Shown here piece after piece: positions 38,760-50,957 of a stretch of 64,000 nt of DNA. The number at the start of each line of letters is the position of its first letter. Position 1 is the first letter of the stretch. This DNA is from Octopus vulgaris (Eukaryota): the NCBI GenBank assembly GCA_951406725.2, contig OX597827.1:38998001-39062000 (forward strand), read 5' to 3'. The position numbers were made by a program, and so were the translations under genes. The notes under the pieces are model-generated. The model made no database searches. It saw only the letters and a program-made list of their open reading frames with translations, and was not told the DNA's origin.

Positions 38760-38905
38760 CGAAAAAAAAAACACAAGAAAAAAACAGCAATGTGAGGACG
38801 TGGTATATGCAAAGTATTAGCAGACGCTCAGGGAAGGAAAGAAAGGTAGTCTTATGTTTCGAGCAAAGTCCTTCTTCAGAAACAGGAGACAGAGGAAAGT
38901 CCAGA
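38760..38905 (-). mobile_element. Penelope-like pLTR remnant with hammerhead relic (38849-38883)
   Basis: Minus strand: GUUU-CUGAAGA-A-GGAC(UUU)GCUC-GAAA-CA-UA-AGAC; core intact, stem II disrupted. Confidence 0.6.
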
Positions 38906-39170
38906 TGATAATGATAATAATAATAATAATAATAATTAATTCTTTTTATTGGCCACAAGGGCTGACACACATGATTAGAAAACATAAAGGGACAAAACAG
39001 GACGAAAGGTTACAAAGGGTTTTGTCCATTTGTGAAAAAATCGTGTAAAAACAGTGTTACAATGAAATAATATAACAACGAAAAACTCCCAATAGGGGGA
39101 GGCGTTACAAAAGGTTCCTGGTGGAAAAACCCATAAAAGCCCCTTTCTCCTTTTATAAAACCTTTTTCAA

Positions 39171-42100
39171 TCAAAGGCGAAACCTGAGGACTGGTCCATT
39201 TATACTGGCCAGTCTCGCACAATTCACCCACCTTTCATAAAACTTGCTATCGGACAGCACTTTCCTCTCTAACCTCATCTTCCTTTTCAAGTGAAACTTG
39301 AAAAAGTTGATGAGGCCTTGACCAAAGAGGAAAGTGTCTGACTTTAGCCCTTTCAAACGAGTCCACCATACAACTTCTTTTGCCACAGCCACTAGGCACA
39401 AGAAAACGGCCTCGCCCTCCTTGTTAAAGGAGGTCGGCGGGGCAATCTTCACTATGGATTCGGCCGATAGTCGGATCCGTCCTACACGTGACAGTAGCTG
39501 TTCGACATAAACCCATATTTCAGCAATACTCGGGCACTGGACGAGTGCGTGCAGAACGGTTTCGTCGTCCTGGCAACACTTCGGGCAGGCCCATCTGACG
39601 GCACTTCCGTGCCGGTAGAGTTTATCTCGAACAGGCAGAGCCCCTCGGTAGCACTGCCAGGCGAGCGACCTCTGGAAATTATCCATCGGCCCCGGCCCGA
39701 AAGTCCTCCCGAACAGACCGCTCAGTTCGTCATCTTCAACGCCTAGAGTTTCCCCGAGAACGTCGTCGCATTTTTCCTCCACTAACCCTCTATAGAACGC
39801 TAGAGTGGAGCTGTAACCGATCGCATTGCCCGCCTGGCGGAGGGCGGAGAGAGCTTGACGGCACTCAAGGTGCCAAGCGCCCTTTCTCGGTCTACGTTTG
39901 ATCCAGGTCTGCAGCTCTGTCAAAGAGACGAGCTGCGGAAAATCGTATCTGACAAAAGACGACCACACCTGTTCACCGTCTAGGAAGCGCTTGAGATGTC
40001 GCAGCCTGAGCGCATGTCTGCGCATCAGCAACCACGGCATTCCAAGGCCTCCATTCAGCGGTTGTTGACAGCAGATGGATCGCCTGACTAGTGGCACCTG
40101 ACCCTTCCACAAAAAGTCGAAGAGCAGGCGTACCAGCTTGGCCAACCAGCGGTCGGGACAAGGGACGACGGTCAAGCGGTAGTAGATGACGGATGCGATG
40201 TACGCATTCGCCACCTCTGCTCGACCTTTCAGGGACAGCTTCCTCTCGGCCCATTTCTGGGTGAGATGTGCCACCCTGCTCATCACCTCTTCCCAGTTTT
40301 TATCCACCTGGAGGTCCGGACCGAACCAGACCCCGAGCAGTTTAACGGGTCCGTCTGTCCAGCGCCCTGTTGGACGGCATGGGCTTGCCTCTCCAGATGC
40401 CCAGTTGCAAGCCCACAGACTTTTCCGCGTTAATCTTTGCCCCTGTCACCGCTTCGTACTGATTTAGTGTCTCGCCAATGTGCCTGTGGCTCGACACCAT
40501 CGCGGTGACGTCGTCGGCATAGGCAGACACGCTGCTTCCGCCTCCTAGATCGCGCGGGATACCCCTCAAAGCCTCCAACTTGCGCAGTAATGGCTCGAAA
40601 ATCAATATGTACAAGAGGGAGGAGAGAGGGCATCCTTGGTGGACCGAACGCGAGATGTCGAACGGTTCCGAAAGGTGACCGTTCACCCATATCACTGAGC
40701 AGATGTTGCTGTATAAAGCAGCTATCCACCCACGGAAGACTGGACCGAAGCCGGCTGCCTTGAGGACAGCTCCAAGGTACTGATGGTCAACCCTATCGAA
40801 GGCACTGGACAGACGGACCCGTTAAACTGCTCGGGGTCTGGTTCGGTCCGGACCTCCAGGTGGATAAAAACTGGAAAGAGGTGACGAGCAGGGTGGCACG
40901 TCTCACCCAGAAATGGGCCGAGAGGAAGCTGTCCCTGAAAGGTCGAGCGGAGGTGGCGAATGCGTACATTGCATCCGCTTGACCGTCGTCCCAGACAAAA
41001 GCAGGAATTCTCCCGTTTTGCTGCCAGTTGCAGTAGACATTTGCCAACAGGCCCGCAAACAAGTCTGGCATTGAAACGTAAAGCTCGTAGGGCAGACCAT
41101 CCAAACCCGGCGATCTACCTCTCGTGCAACTCTTCATCGCTTCCTCCACTTCCCAGGCAGATATCGGTCCTTCGCAGCACTCTGCCTCACTGTCCGAGAG
41201 TTGGGGTAGGCCGTCCAGGTACACTCCGAAGTCTGCACCATTGTCCGTTCCACCTCTCGTCCCAAACAGTTGAGCAAAGTGCCGCTGAAGCACCGTACAC
41301 ATCTGCTTCGGTTCGGTAACCTCGTGCCCGTTCTGGTTCACCAAAGACCGAATGGTTGCTTTGTTGCCTCGCTTCGCCTCCACCACGCGGGCCCATCGAG
41401 CGGCTCTAGTCCCCTCCCCGCTTAGCGAACGTGCCTTAGCTCTGACAACGCAGCCTTCGTGTTTGGCATCGAAGTGTTGGTCGAGGGCCAACCTTGCCGC
41501 CAACACGTCGGTCGCGATGCCAGTCTAGTTTCTTAACTAAATCCCGCTCTCTCTTCCTACGTTCAATAGCTAGAGTCTTACTATACCTAATCGACTCTAC
41601 TCTAATTGCTCTCTTGAGGGCAAACCACCAGTTGTTGTTGATGATTGCCCCCGTGAGCGCCCGCTTAACTAGTAAACTAATCCGGTCTCTGTAAGCTTTG
41701 CACGCCGTTAACGACGCGTTCAGCTTCCAGTAGCCGGGTCCCTGTCTATGTAGCCTATCTAAGTCGACCGTACAGATCACTAATTTGTGGTCCGTATAGT
41801 CGACTAGGTGGAATTGTGGACACCCTACGCTGTCCTTATCCGCTGGCCTACAAAACACTCTATCTAAGTACGATCTAGACGACCCGATGCGATTGGTCCA
41901 AGTCCACATTGGCACATTCGGGTTGTCTAGTCGAAACCTGTCAGACAGCGGAAAGCGGCCGAGTAGGTTGGCGAGGCTCTTGCACCCTCCCCCTCTCCTA
42001 TCAGACGCTCCCCTGCCCACCCGATCGAAACGTTCGTCTAAGACAGCGTTCCAATCCCCAACTAGCACTAGAGTGCGTGACGTTCCCAGGAAAACTTCCA

Positions 42101-42448
42101 GACGTTTGAAATAATCCGACTGCCCTGCCCCTGTCGGAGCGTAGGCAGCCGGCAGTCGGAAAGCACCGCCGTCACTACTGTCCACGTCGAGGACCACCAA
42201 CTTACCTTCCGGATCCAAGAAGACTGTCCTTATTTTCAAGTCCAGGCCCTTCCGAAACAACACCGCAGTACCACCACCGCCCCCTCCCGGCTGACACGGG
42301 CTGCGAGTTCCTGCGGGTCGGAGAGCCTGGTTTCACTGATGGCTGCTACATCCACATCATGAAACCTCAGGTCGTTTAACAGGTGACCCTGTTTCCAAGG
42401 TGACCCGAGGCCTCTCACATTCAAGCAACCGATTCTAAGATTTGCCAT
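39171..42448 (-). pseudogene. ORF2: AP endonuclease, reverse transcriptase and C-terminal Cys/His domain; frameshifted
   Basis: CLNVRGL, ISETRL, VGDWNAV, SYLDRVF, TDHKL; SPGLDGLPYELY, QGCPLS, YADDVT; CPKC...HALVQC. Confidence 0.92.
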
Positions 42449-42488
42449 GCTTCAAAAGTAAGGAAAAAAAAAGGAGAAGAAAAAGGCT

Positions 42489-44300
42489 CTACTTACTGTT
42501 GTTGGTGGTGGGGGTGGCTCTCTTGTGCTTTTGCACGGGTGCTTCCACAATATTTTTGTACAGTTTCTTAGAGAAACTTTTCCCTAACGATCCCACATCG
42601 TTAGGGAATATTTGTTTAATTTCGTTGTATGTTGTTTTGTTTATTTTTATTGTGAGAATGTGTGCTGGTGGTGTGTTTTGTGTTGGTATAACGAAATCCG
42701 TTATACTTGTACTGGTTGTGTTTTTCAAATACTCAACCAGTTCCTGGTTTCTTGTATTTATTGATGTAAGTGCGTCTGTGTGTGTTTGAGTGTTTGGCAG
42801 TGGCAGTAGTGGTGTCGAAAGTGTTGTTGTTGTTTGTTGTTGTGAATGTGTGTTGTCGTTGTTGATGTTTGGAAGCACTATTTTTTCGTGCTTCCCCTGT
42901 GTGTCTTTTTGTTTTCTCCTCCTTTTCTTTTTTGGAGGCACTGTGCTCCATTCTCCTTTGTTGGAATCAGAGCTCGCACAATCCGAGTACTCTTCATCCG
43001 GCAAAGGAATAGATGAGGGGTCTGCTTCAGCAGCAGGACGAAAAGTTGTTGGTTCCGCCGGTATCGGTGGTGCCTCTGCTCCTGTTGCTGTTGATGGTGC
43101 CCGCGTTGGTGAGCTCTCACCTTCTCTTCTTGCTGCTGTCGACCTTCTAGGTACTGGTGTTGGTGTGGTGGTTGTTGTTGTTGGAGGTGGTGTTGTTCGT
43201 CTTGGTGCTGGTGATGGTGTTGGTGGTGTGGCAGCTTTTGGTGTTTTGTGTTGTTTCTGTTGTTGTTACTGCCTCTTGCTGTATGCCTCCATTCTCTTTT
43301 TTTGAATGGGGCAGTCCCTCTTTAAGTGGCGTTCGCTGCTGCAGAGGAAACATTTTGGCTTTCGCCCCTCTACAGCAACGTTTAGCCTGGTGCCGTCCGG
43401 CAAACTAACGAAATCTGGGACCTTGCTGATATTTTCTTGCTTGATCTGAGCAAGAAGCAGCACTCCCATCCCCAACCAGTTTTTCTCCCTGACTCTCCTG
43501 ACATCCAGAATGGTGGTAGTGTCCTCTATGTCATAGAGGACAGCTGCCACCAGCCATGACATATCGAGTTCAGGCGGTACGAGGTCAATTTTTATTTTTG
43601 TCACTCTTCTTCCGAGGTGGGTTGGAACGAGTAACAAACTCTCTGTTTGCAAGGGCGAAATGGCGTGCGCCCTTGCTTGTTCCTCTGTTGGGAAGCGAAC
43701 CTCCACGGTTCCGAAACGCTTCCCCTTGGTTACATAGCTCTTTTGGGCCCAAATTTGCTTTAGAGCTATCTCTAACTGTTGGGGTGTGGCGTTTGTCATT
43801 CTTTTGTATTTTCTGTCGAAAACCTTGTATGTGATTGTTTTTTTGTTTGTGTCTTCAATCACCTCTTGTGGAGTATTGAGGAAGATGCTGTTGCCATCCT
43901 TCCTCAACAACTCCTTTGCTTTTTTAATGTCTTGTAAAGTAATCTTTACTTCCTCCGAAATTTGCTTCGCAGCAGAAGCAAAATCGTTGGAAGTTTTTTC
44001 ATTTTTCTCTGTGTTCCTGTTTGTGTTTGTCTTTGTTATAATTTTCCTTTCCTCCCCCTTCGGTACAACATCACATGTTGAAGGCAGAGGGGGGAAATCG
44101 GGAGTGACGTCGAACGCGACGTCCTGGTTAGCATTCTCTTTTCGAACAGCGCACGTGCTTTCCGTTTCGGAAGGAGGATCTCTGTTGCCTTTTACGGCGC
44201 GAAGTAGGTGTTTTTTTGGTGTAGTTTGTGATAATGTGTGTGTTTGCGGAGGGAATGTATTTGGAAGGAAGGAACAGCTGACTGCTCGCTTCATAGCCAT
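42489..44300 (-). pseudogene. ORF1: gag-like protein with CCHC knuckle; one in-frame stop at 43266-43268
   Basis: CFLCSSERHLKRDC; ORFs 43266-44336 and 42489-43004 share a frame and the stop lies in a CAA/CAG-rich stretch. Confidence 0.85.
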
Positions 44301-44522
44301 TTTTTTGTTTAAATGTTTGATTTTTACAATGTTCAAAAAGTTTAAAACGTAATTTCACCCCCAATGGGGTAAAATTTTGCCTAGCCAACCAGCTTCGTAC
44401 GAAGTTAGTCGGCTTGGCCACACAAATATTAAAAAATATTTTAACTCACAAACAAATTTCCAATGAAATTGTCACAAAAATCACGGAGCTTCCGGAGACA
44501 CGTCCATCCACGTTGAAAGAAA

Positions 44523-44556
<34 letters not shown>

Positions 44557-44789
44557 TAATATAGATAGTTTCATGACGCTCGGTCGAGCCGGGCGTCTGC
44601 CATTGAGAAGCATAAGCAAAGGCGAAATCACGTGATCTGACAGTTCCGGCGGCCGCAGTGGACGATTATCGCGTGTCAACGATATAAACACGAGTGCCTA
44701 TATGCACCACAAGCCCATACAAGAGGTGCTCTCGTGGTAAATAACTCAGTATTCTGTGTTCTAACACATTTACTTTTAGTGCTATTTTG

Positions 44790-45390
44790 CTTGTTTAGGT
44801 CGTTAGACTGTGACCATGCTGGGGCACCACCTTGAAGAATTTCTAGTCAAATGAATCGACATCAGCACTTATTCTTTTTAGCCTGATACTTATTCTATCG
44901 GTCTCTTTTGTCACCGCGGATCTTTTCCTTTTGAACGGCAGTTTTCAACACAATTTCTAGTTAACTAAACACTTTTAAACTTCGTATACTGGTAGAATGT
45001 GTTAAAATAAAACATTTTTTTTCTCTTGGCTTTCTTGAGAAATTAAACTAAGTTTAAAAAAACAAATTACAATTTTCTCAAGAAAGTCAAGAGAAAAAAA
45101 TGTTTTATTTTGACACATTCTACCAGTATACGAAGTTTAAAAGTGTTTAGTTAACTAGAAATTGTGTTGAAAACTGCCGTTCAAAAGGAAAAGATCCCTC
45201 ACCGCTAAGTTACGGAGACATAAGCACACCAATGCTGGTTGTCAAACGGGGGGCGGGGGGGTAATGGACAAACGCAGACATAAAGACATACATTTTTGTC
45301 GAGCTTTTTACAGTTTCCGTCAATAAGGACTGAACACGGAACCAGGTGGTTGAGAAGCAAGCTTCTTCCATACAACTACGCCAGCGCCTG
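44790..45390 (-). mobile_element. Octopus-type tRNA SINE interrupted by a MITE
   Basis: SINE sequence ctcttttg...ccgc|taagttacgg resumes after the insertion. Confidence 0.8.
44918..45197. mobile_element. Foldback MITE, probably Merlin-type
   Basis: TIRs of about 125 bp (ggatcttttccttttgaacggcag...), GG...CC termini, 8-bp flanks gtcaccgc/ctcaccgc. Confidence 0.8.
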
Positions 45391-45395
45391 TGTGT

Positions 45396-45431
<36 letters not shown>

Positions 45432-45861
45432 GATTTCTTTTCTGGTTTAAGCGGTAGTTTAATTCAATGAAGTTATACAGCACGTGCTTATTTCCACCAA
45501 AAATTTGTGAAAATACAACTTTGAATGAGACAGTTAAGTAATTCATGCAAGAGAAAGGTAGCAATAGAAGCGTTCATAAAAATGTAAGGTTTAAGTTAAA
45601 TGTGTTGTAGAAGAGCACATTATACGTACGCTCTTGATGTAAAGTTCTTTTAGGTCACACATATAATGTGAGCGGAAAATATTGTTGAGATAATCGAGAT
45701 AAAAGAAAGGAAATCAACATACATGATTAAGTAACCTGGCGGAATCACAATACGGCAAATCGATGTTTCGTTCAACTGAAATGTATATTGTATTAAAACT
45801 AGTTGAAACAAGAGTAGACAACGATCGATTCTGTCGGTTTCTGTTCTGGTTGTGATCGCGC

Positions 45862-45892
<31 letters not shown>

Positions 45893-46209
45893 CTCACCCT
45901 CTCTCAAATGTATGTGTGTGTGTGTGTGTACGCTTTGAATTCTCGATTATAGAGCCAGCGAATGGCTGGGCTGAGAAGTACAGCTCTTTCATTGGTACAA
46001 TAAACCGTTAAAAACACTGAACGAATAATCTTTCACCTCATTGCATGAGGGTCACTACACGCACGTACATATTACATGGTCTAGATTTGCAAACTGAGTG
46101 AAAATGTACTCAGTATATACTGGAGGTGCACATGTGCGTGTCTGTGTGCGCGCATAAATATATTATAGTGGAATAATTACTGTGAAATATATATATATAC
46201 ATATATATA

Positions 46210-48097
46210 CTAGCAGAGACACCCGGCGTTGCTCGGGATTAAAATGGCATAGTTTGTATATAATATATTACAGTTATGTTGAAACAGGTGACATGGGAAA
46301 GTGCAGCACTGACAGAAAAACATTTGTGGAGTAAATTATGGGCTAATTCGACTAAGCAACATGCTATGCGTCTGTTTGGAGTATTTCAGGCCCTAACATG
46401 TGGGGGTTATGTGATTTTTGAACGCACCGAGAAGCTGTCAGTGGATATACTCTCTTTTGCAGCAGTCGGCGCTGTGTCAAACACGACCCATCATCTGAAA
46501 TGTTGACACTTCCTTCAGGTTTGTTGTTCTACATCACTCATAAAGTAAATTTGGTGGCACTGTGGTTGTTCATTTGTGGGTAGCTATGAACCAATGAGGT
46601 GATAGACTTGCCCTTGAACTTCGTCGTAAACTCATGTTTATCTTCTTAGATGCACCAAACGATGTCATTTGCAGAGTTGCATTGTCTGATAGTGTTAAGA
46701 AAATCCTTTGACTGGATGAAAATGCCTTCTAGAAGATCCATAAGAGGTTGAGAAGGAACTGGTAGTGCTGGCAATTTTACCTGACTGCCCGAGCAGCACA
46801 TACCATTTGTTTCATTTTAAAATTTGAAAGCTCTACTGAAAAGACAATTTGTGTTTAGCACACCAATTTGGACAGAGTTATTATTTTTATAAGAATAGGA
46901 TGGATCATATATGAAAAAGCTTCAGGAGTTGTGAAGAACGAATTTGTACGTAGTTTGTTTCTGAGAGCTACTCTATTGGATCTCTCTCTAATCATTAAAA
47001 CATTGATTTAATGATCCAGCATTAAGTGCTGCAACATGCATTTGCTGAAGTTGAGAAAATCTCATCTAGCTTCTCTCTTCACACTCTTGCCTTCGGTTTT
47101 CTACAATCCTCCTTGCTTTATACTTGTTTCTGGAGAGATTACGTCTTTTCTTTGGTGGTATATTTTTCCCAATATTGTAAACAAAAAATTATGAACATAG
47201 AAAGAAATTATACATTAATCCCTATTTTTGTAAGCAGTCGTATCTGAAAAATTTTTTATTTGAAGAGAACAGAAATTGAAGGAAGCTAAAGCGAAAAAAA
47301 ATAGAGAAAGAAAGTGAAAGATGTATGTACGTCATATCAAATGGACATGTGTGTGTGTATGTGTGTGCACGTGTGTGTGTGTGCGTGCTTGCGCGTGTGT
47401 ATGTTAGAGAGAAAGAGAGATAGAGTGAGTGAATGAAGGTGTGTGTCGTGATGATTGACATCTTTTAAGGTACACACACACATAGAAAATGTGACGTCAT
47501 CGTATAAAATGTTTACGATAGTTGATTTATGGAAAAGATTATGTTAAATTTTTGAAATGCAAATATGTGAATGAAAATTAAGTTTAATTTGTAGCCAAAA
47601 TAGTACTGAATCTTTTGATACCCCATATGTCAAAATCTATAACTCGGTTTTGGAAAGCATAAGGAATATATAATATCAATAAAGCAGACCTCTATATAAT
47701 AGATAGACCTAGTAGAAATAGCAGCCAAATCTCTCTCAAAACACCCTACTATCTTATTCCGACAATTCTGCCTATTATGTAGTTTGAATGAGAAACTGTA
47801 ACTAAAGATTAAGATTATTAACCCTACAGAGAGAGGAAATAAGAGAGACAGCATAACGACGGTTTTGGCGAAATGGCATGTGCCGGCTGTGTGAGCAACT
47901 GGTTGTTGTAATGGTGGAACAAACGGGACATAAAAATTACAAAAATAGCGATTCTCACTTTGAAACAAACAATTTTAGATTATGGAGCGCCTCACTCTCT
48001 CATGTATCAATGTTTAAAATTTCAGCGTGATCGGATGAACAATACTCGAGTTATAAGCGCACAAACAGACAGACAGAACAGATTTTATATATTAAGA
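46210..48097 (-). mobile_element. Non-autonomous Helitron retaining a RepHel N-terminal fragment
   Basis: 5' a|TCTTAATATATAAAA; 3' cccgagcaacgccggg hairpin then CTAG|t; about 46850-46530 translates to ETNGMCCSGSQVKLPAL...FLNTIRQCNSA/QMTSFGA...QGQVYHLIGS...QIYF. Confidence 0.85.
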
Positions 48098-48216
48098 TAT
48101 AGATATATTGTAATGTAATAATTACTGTGTAGCATTGTGTGCACATATTTGTTTTCTTGTGATTTACCTTGCATTTACTTTGCAGTATTTTGACCTTACC
48201 CACGATCTTTTATACA

Positions 48217-48280
<64 letters not shown>

Positions 48281-48889
48281 GGCGGTAAAACATCAGTCCG
48301 AAAATGAAGTACACTCTCTCTAAGTTATAGAGCAGTATATTATGTTTGTGTGTACTTGTGTGTGTGTGTGTGTATGTGTGTGTGCGTGCGCGTGTGTGTG
48401 TGTGTGTTGTGTGTGTATAAATACATACATACACACATAAGTACACACACACGCATGCATGCACATATATGCATGTATGCATATAACTGCCAATTTATAT
48501 TATCGTACAATTTCATCTTGAAAAACCTTCCAAGATTTGAAAGGTAGAAAGTGAAATATATTTTTTCTATTCAGCTATGCCCAATGATTGTTCGGTTATC
48601 TTTCCATACTTGGAAGGTTCATCAACACGAAACTGTTCGGTAACATGAATACGAGTGCCTGACTTTTCCGACATCTGAAAATTCATTGGATAACGCGCCC
48701 CACCTCACACAAAGGCATACACACATGTATGTATGTATGTATGTATGTATGTATGTATGTATGTATGTATGTATGCATGCATGCATGCATGCATGCATGC
48801 ATGCATGCATGTATGTATGTATGTATGTATGTATGTATGTATGTATGTATGTATGTATGTATAGTAGTTTAGTTACATGAGTCGTTCTC

Positions 48890-49560
48890 AAATCTGCGCA
48901 TTCTTAGATTCTGGTTTCTTTGATAATGAAATAGAAAAGGACTGCCAAACAGAATTGAAACGACGTGAAGAAAATATAATCGATGGTAGCGAGTAAGAAA
49001 CAATGGTCGCCAAAAATAATAAATCTGGGATATGTGCAATCAGAAAACGGGAAATGTGTAGCAGAAATCAAAAGACGTATTGCGATAGCTAGAAAGTCAT
49101 TTGAAAAAATACTAAACATACTGACATCAAAACAGCATTAATATCGAAACCAGAAGAAAGATTATTAAAGCATTATATACCGTCCATTCTACAATATGGT
49201 GCGGAAACTTAGACATTAACAAAAATACTATCAGATGTGTGCATATAGAAACTTTGTGAGAATAACAGACGTAACACAAAAACCAATGAGGAAATACTAA
49301 GAATGGTAAAGACTAAGAAAATATTAATAGACACTATTGAAGAGAAGAAACAAAAATATTTTCGAAAGAATAGATTAAAGAGACCGTTAACAGAAGACAA
49401 AAATGAATGGGAAAAGAGTGAGAGAAAAACTAACAATTACATGGATGGATAGTATAAAAAAATTGGGACAGATTTAAAATACAGTAAATATTTAAGGATA
49501 ATACAATCCTCGGCAGTCAACCTACTTAGAGTGGATCAAATCTGATGATGGCAGTGATGG
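48890..49560 (+). mobile_element. RTE-clade LINE 3' fragment
   Basis: LGYVQSENGKCVAEIKRRIAIARKSF...SILQYGAET. Confidence 0.8.
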
Positions 49561-49568
49561 ATGGATGG

Positions 49569-49614
<46 letters not shown>

Positions 49615-50076
49615 ATGTATGTATGTATGTATGTATGTATGTCACACTGTAGCCAGTCCAGTATGAATACTAAAAGGTTACTAACGAGAGTTACACGATC
49701 TCTGAAGATTTGACTACGCAATCTGCTAAAAAGGTTTTCCTTAAACGCAATTTTTCAGTATTAATAAATCTCGCGTAAGATGACGTAAATAAATATTTTA
49801 TCAACAAACTCTCCTGTGTTATTTCGCTTTGTGTGTACGTGTGTGTGTGTGTGTGTGTGTGAAGGTAAGAAAGCTTGTGGTCAGTGTGTTACTCTTACGA
49901 TTGCGAGAGCGTTTTCGATCGCCAGATCTTGAGCAAAATACTTCATTTCACGTTGCCCCAGTTCACCCAGCTATAAATAGGTAACTCTGCGACTGACCGA
50001 CGTTCCATTCAGGAGGTCGATACAATGATACTATGATACGTACGTACGTACGTATGTATGTATGTATGTATGTATG

Positions 50077-50107
<31 letters not shown>

Positions 50108-50109
50108 TT

Positions 50110-50580
50110 ATTCAGTTTATTTCGAGATGTCTTACCACTAGAGAACGAACCGGTTTCTAACATAGATCCAAGGCTCCTTCATTGGAATTTCAACATTAAC
50201 AACAGGGTATTTTTGTTTGTATGTATGTATGTATGTATGTATGTATGTATGTATGTATTCTCATGCATATAGTTACATATCTAGACATGCTTATATATAT
50301 TTAAATGATAAACTTCTGGAAAGTTTTACAGATTTTTACAGTTCCAGTTATGGATTGGATCTGTAGTCTTCGAATTAGCTTTCCCCTTTCTGGTTTTGAG
50401 GAGCTTATTTCTCAAGATTGGTATTTAGGCACATATCCCAGTGCCCCAATAATTGCAGGTATAAATCTGAACCCGGATAGAGTTACTGCAGATTTCTCAA
50501 TAGTTCAGCATAGGCGTTTTCTTTTTCACTGATCTTCAGCTTTACGTTAACATCCGCTGGACAGCTAATTTCCACAACTT
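50110..50580 (-). mobile_element. RLE-type LINE 3' end (related to 20365) with (TACA)n tracts
   Basis: FRFIPAIIGALGYVPK; SVTGTVKICKTFQKF. Confidence 0.7.
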
Positions 50581-50590
50581 TATATATATA

Positions 50591-50957
50591 CTAGCAGTAT
50601 CACCCGGCGTTGCTCGGGTTTGTAAGGGAAATAACTATAAAGCATTTTTAGAGAGTTATAGCCAAAAAATAGCAAAAAAATGGAAAAAAAATTATGGTAA
50701 ATTTTTTTGAGTTAAAAAGGTCGAGTTGCGTCCCCATGACAGTCTGTGGTTTGTGTTTCTGATTCTCGACCCCATGTCGAATTTATCGATTTTTTTCAGA
50801 ACTGGGGGAACTTTTCAAAATTTTCGCTGCGTTAGTTTTGAATTATGACATTGGGCTATGTGTGTATCAAGTTTCATCAGAATCGGTTGAAAGCCGTGGT
50901 CTGGGTGAGGGTACAACCTAACAGACACACAGACAAACTGCCGTTTATATATAGAGA
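50591..50957 (-). mobile_element. Short non-autonomous Helitron
   Basis: 5' TCTATATATAAACGG; same cccgagcaacgccggg...CTAG|t 3' end as the 46210 element. Confidence 0.85.

Larger units (their letters stand above)
38941..44523 (-). mobile_element. Near full-length L1/Tx1-clade non-LTR retrotransposon
   Basis: 5' UTR, ORF1, ORF2 (APE-RT), 3' UTR ending ggccAATAAAaaga; both ends flanked by (aat)n-taat. Confidence 0.93.

Noticed and set aside
39549-44352. Plus-strand ORFs overlapping the Tx1 element
   Set aside because: Antisense shadows of GC-rich ORF1/ORF2
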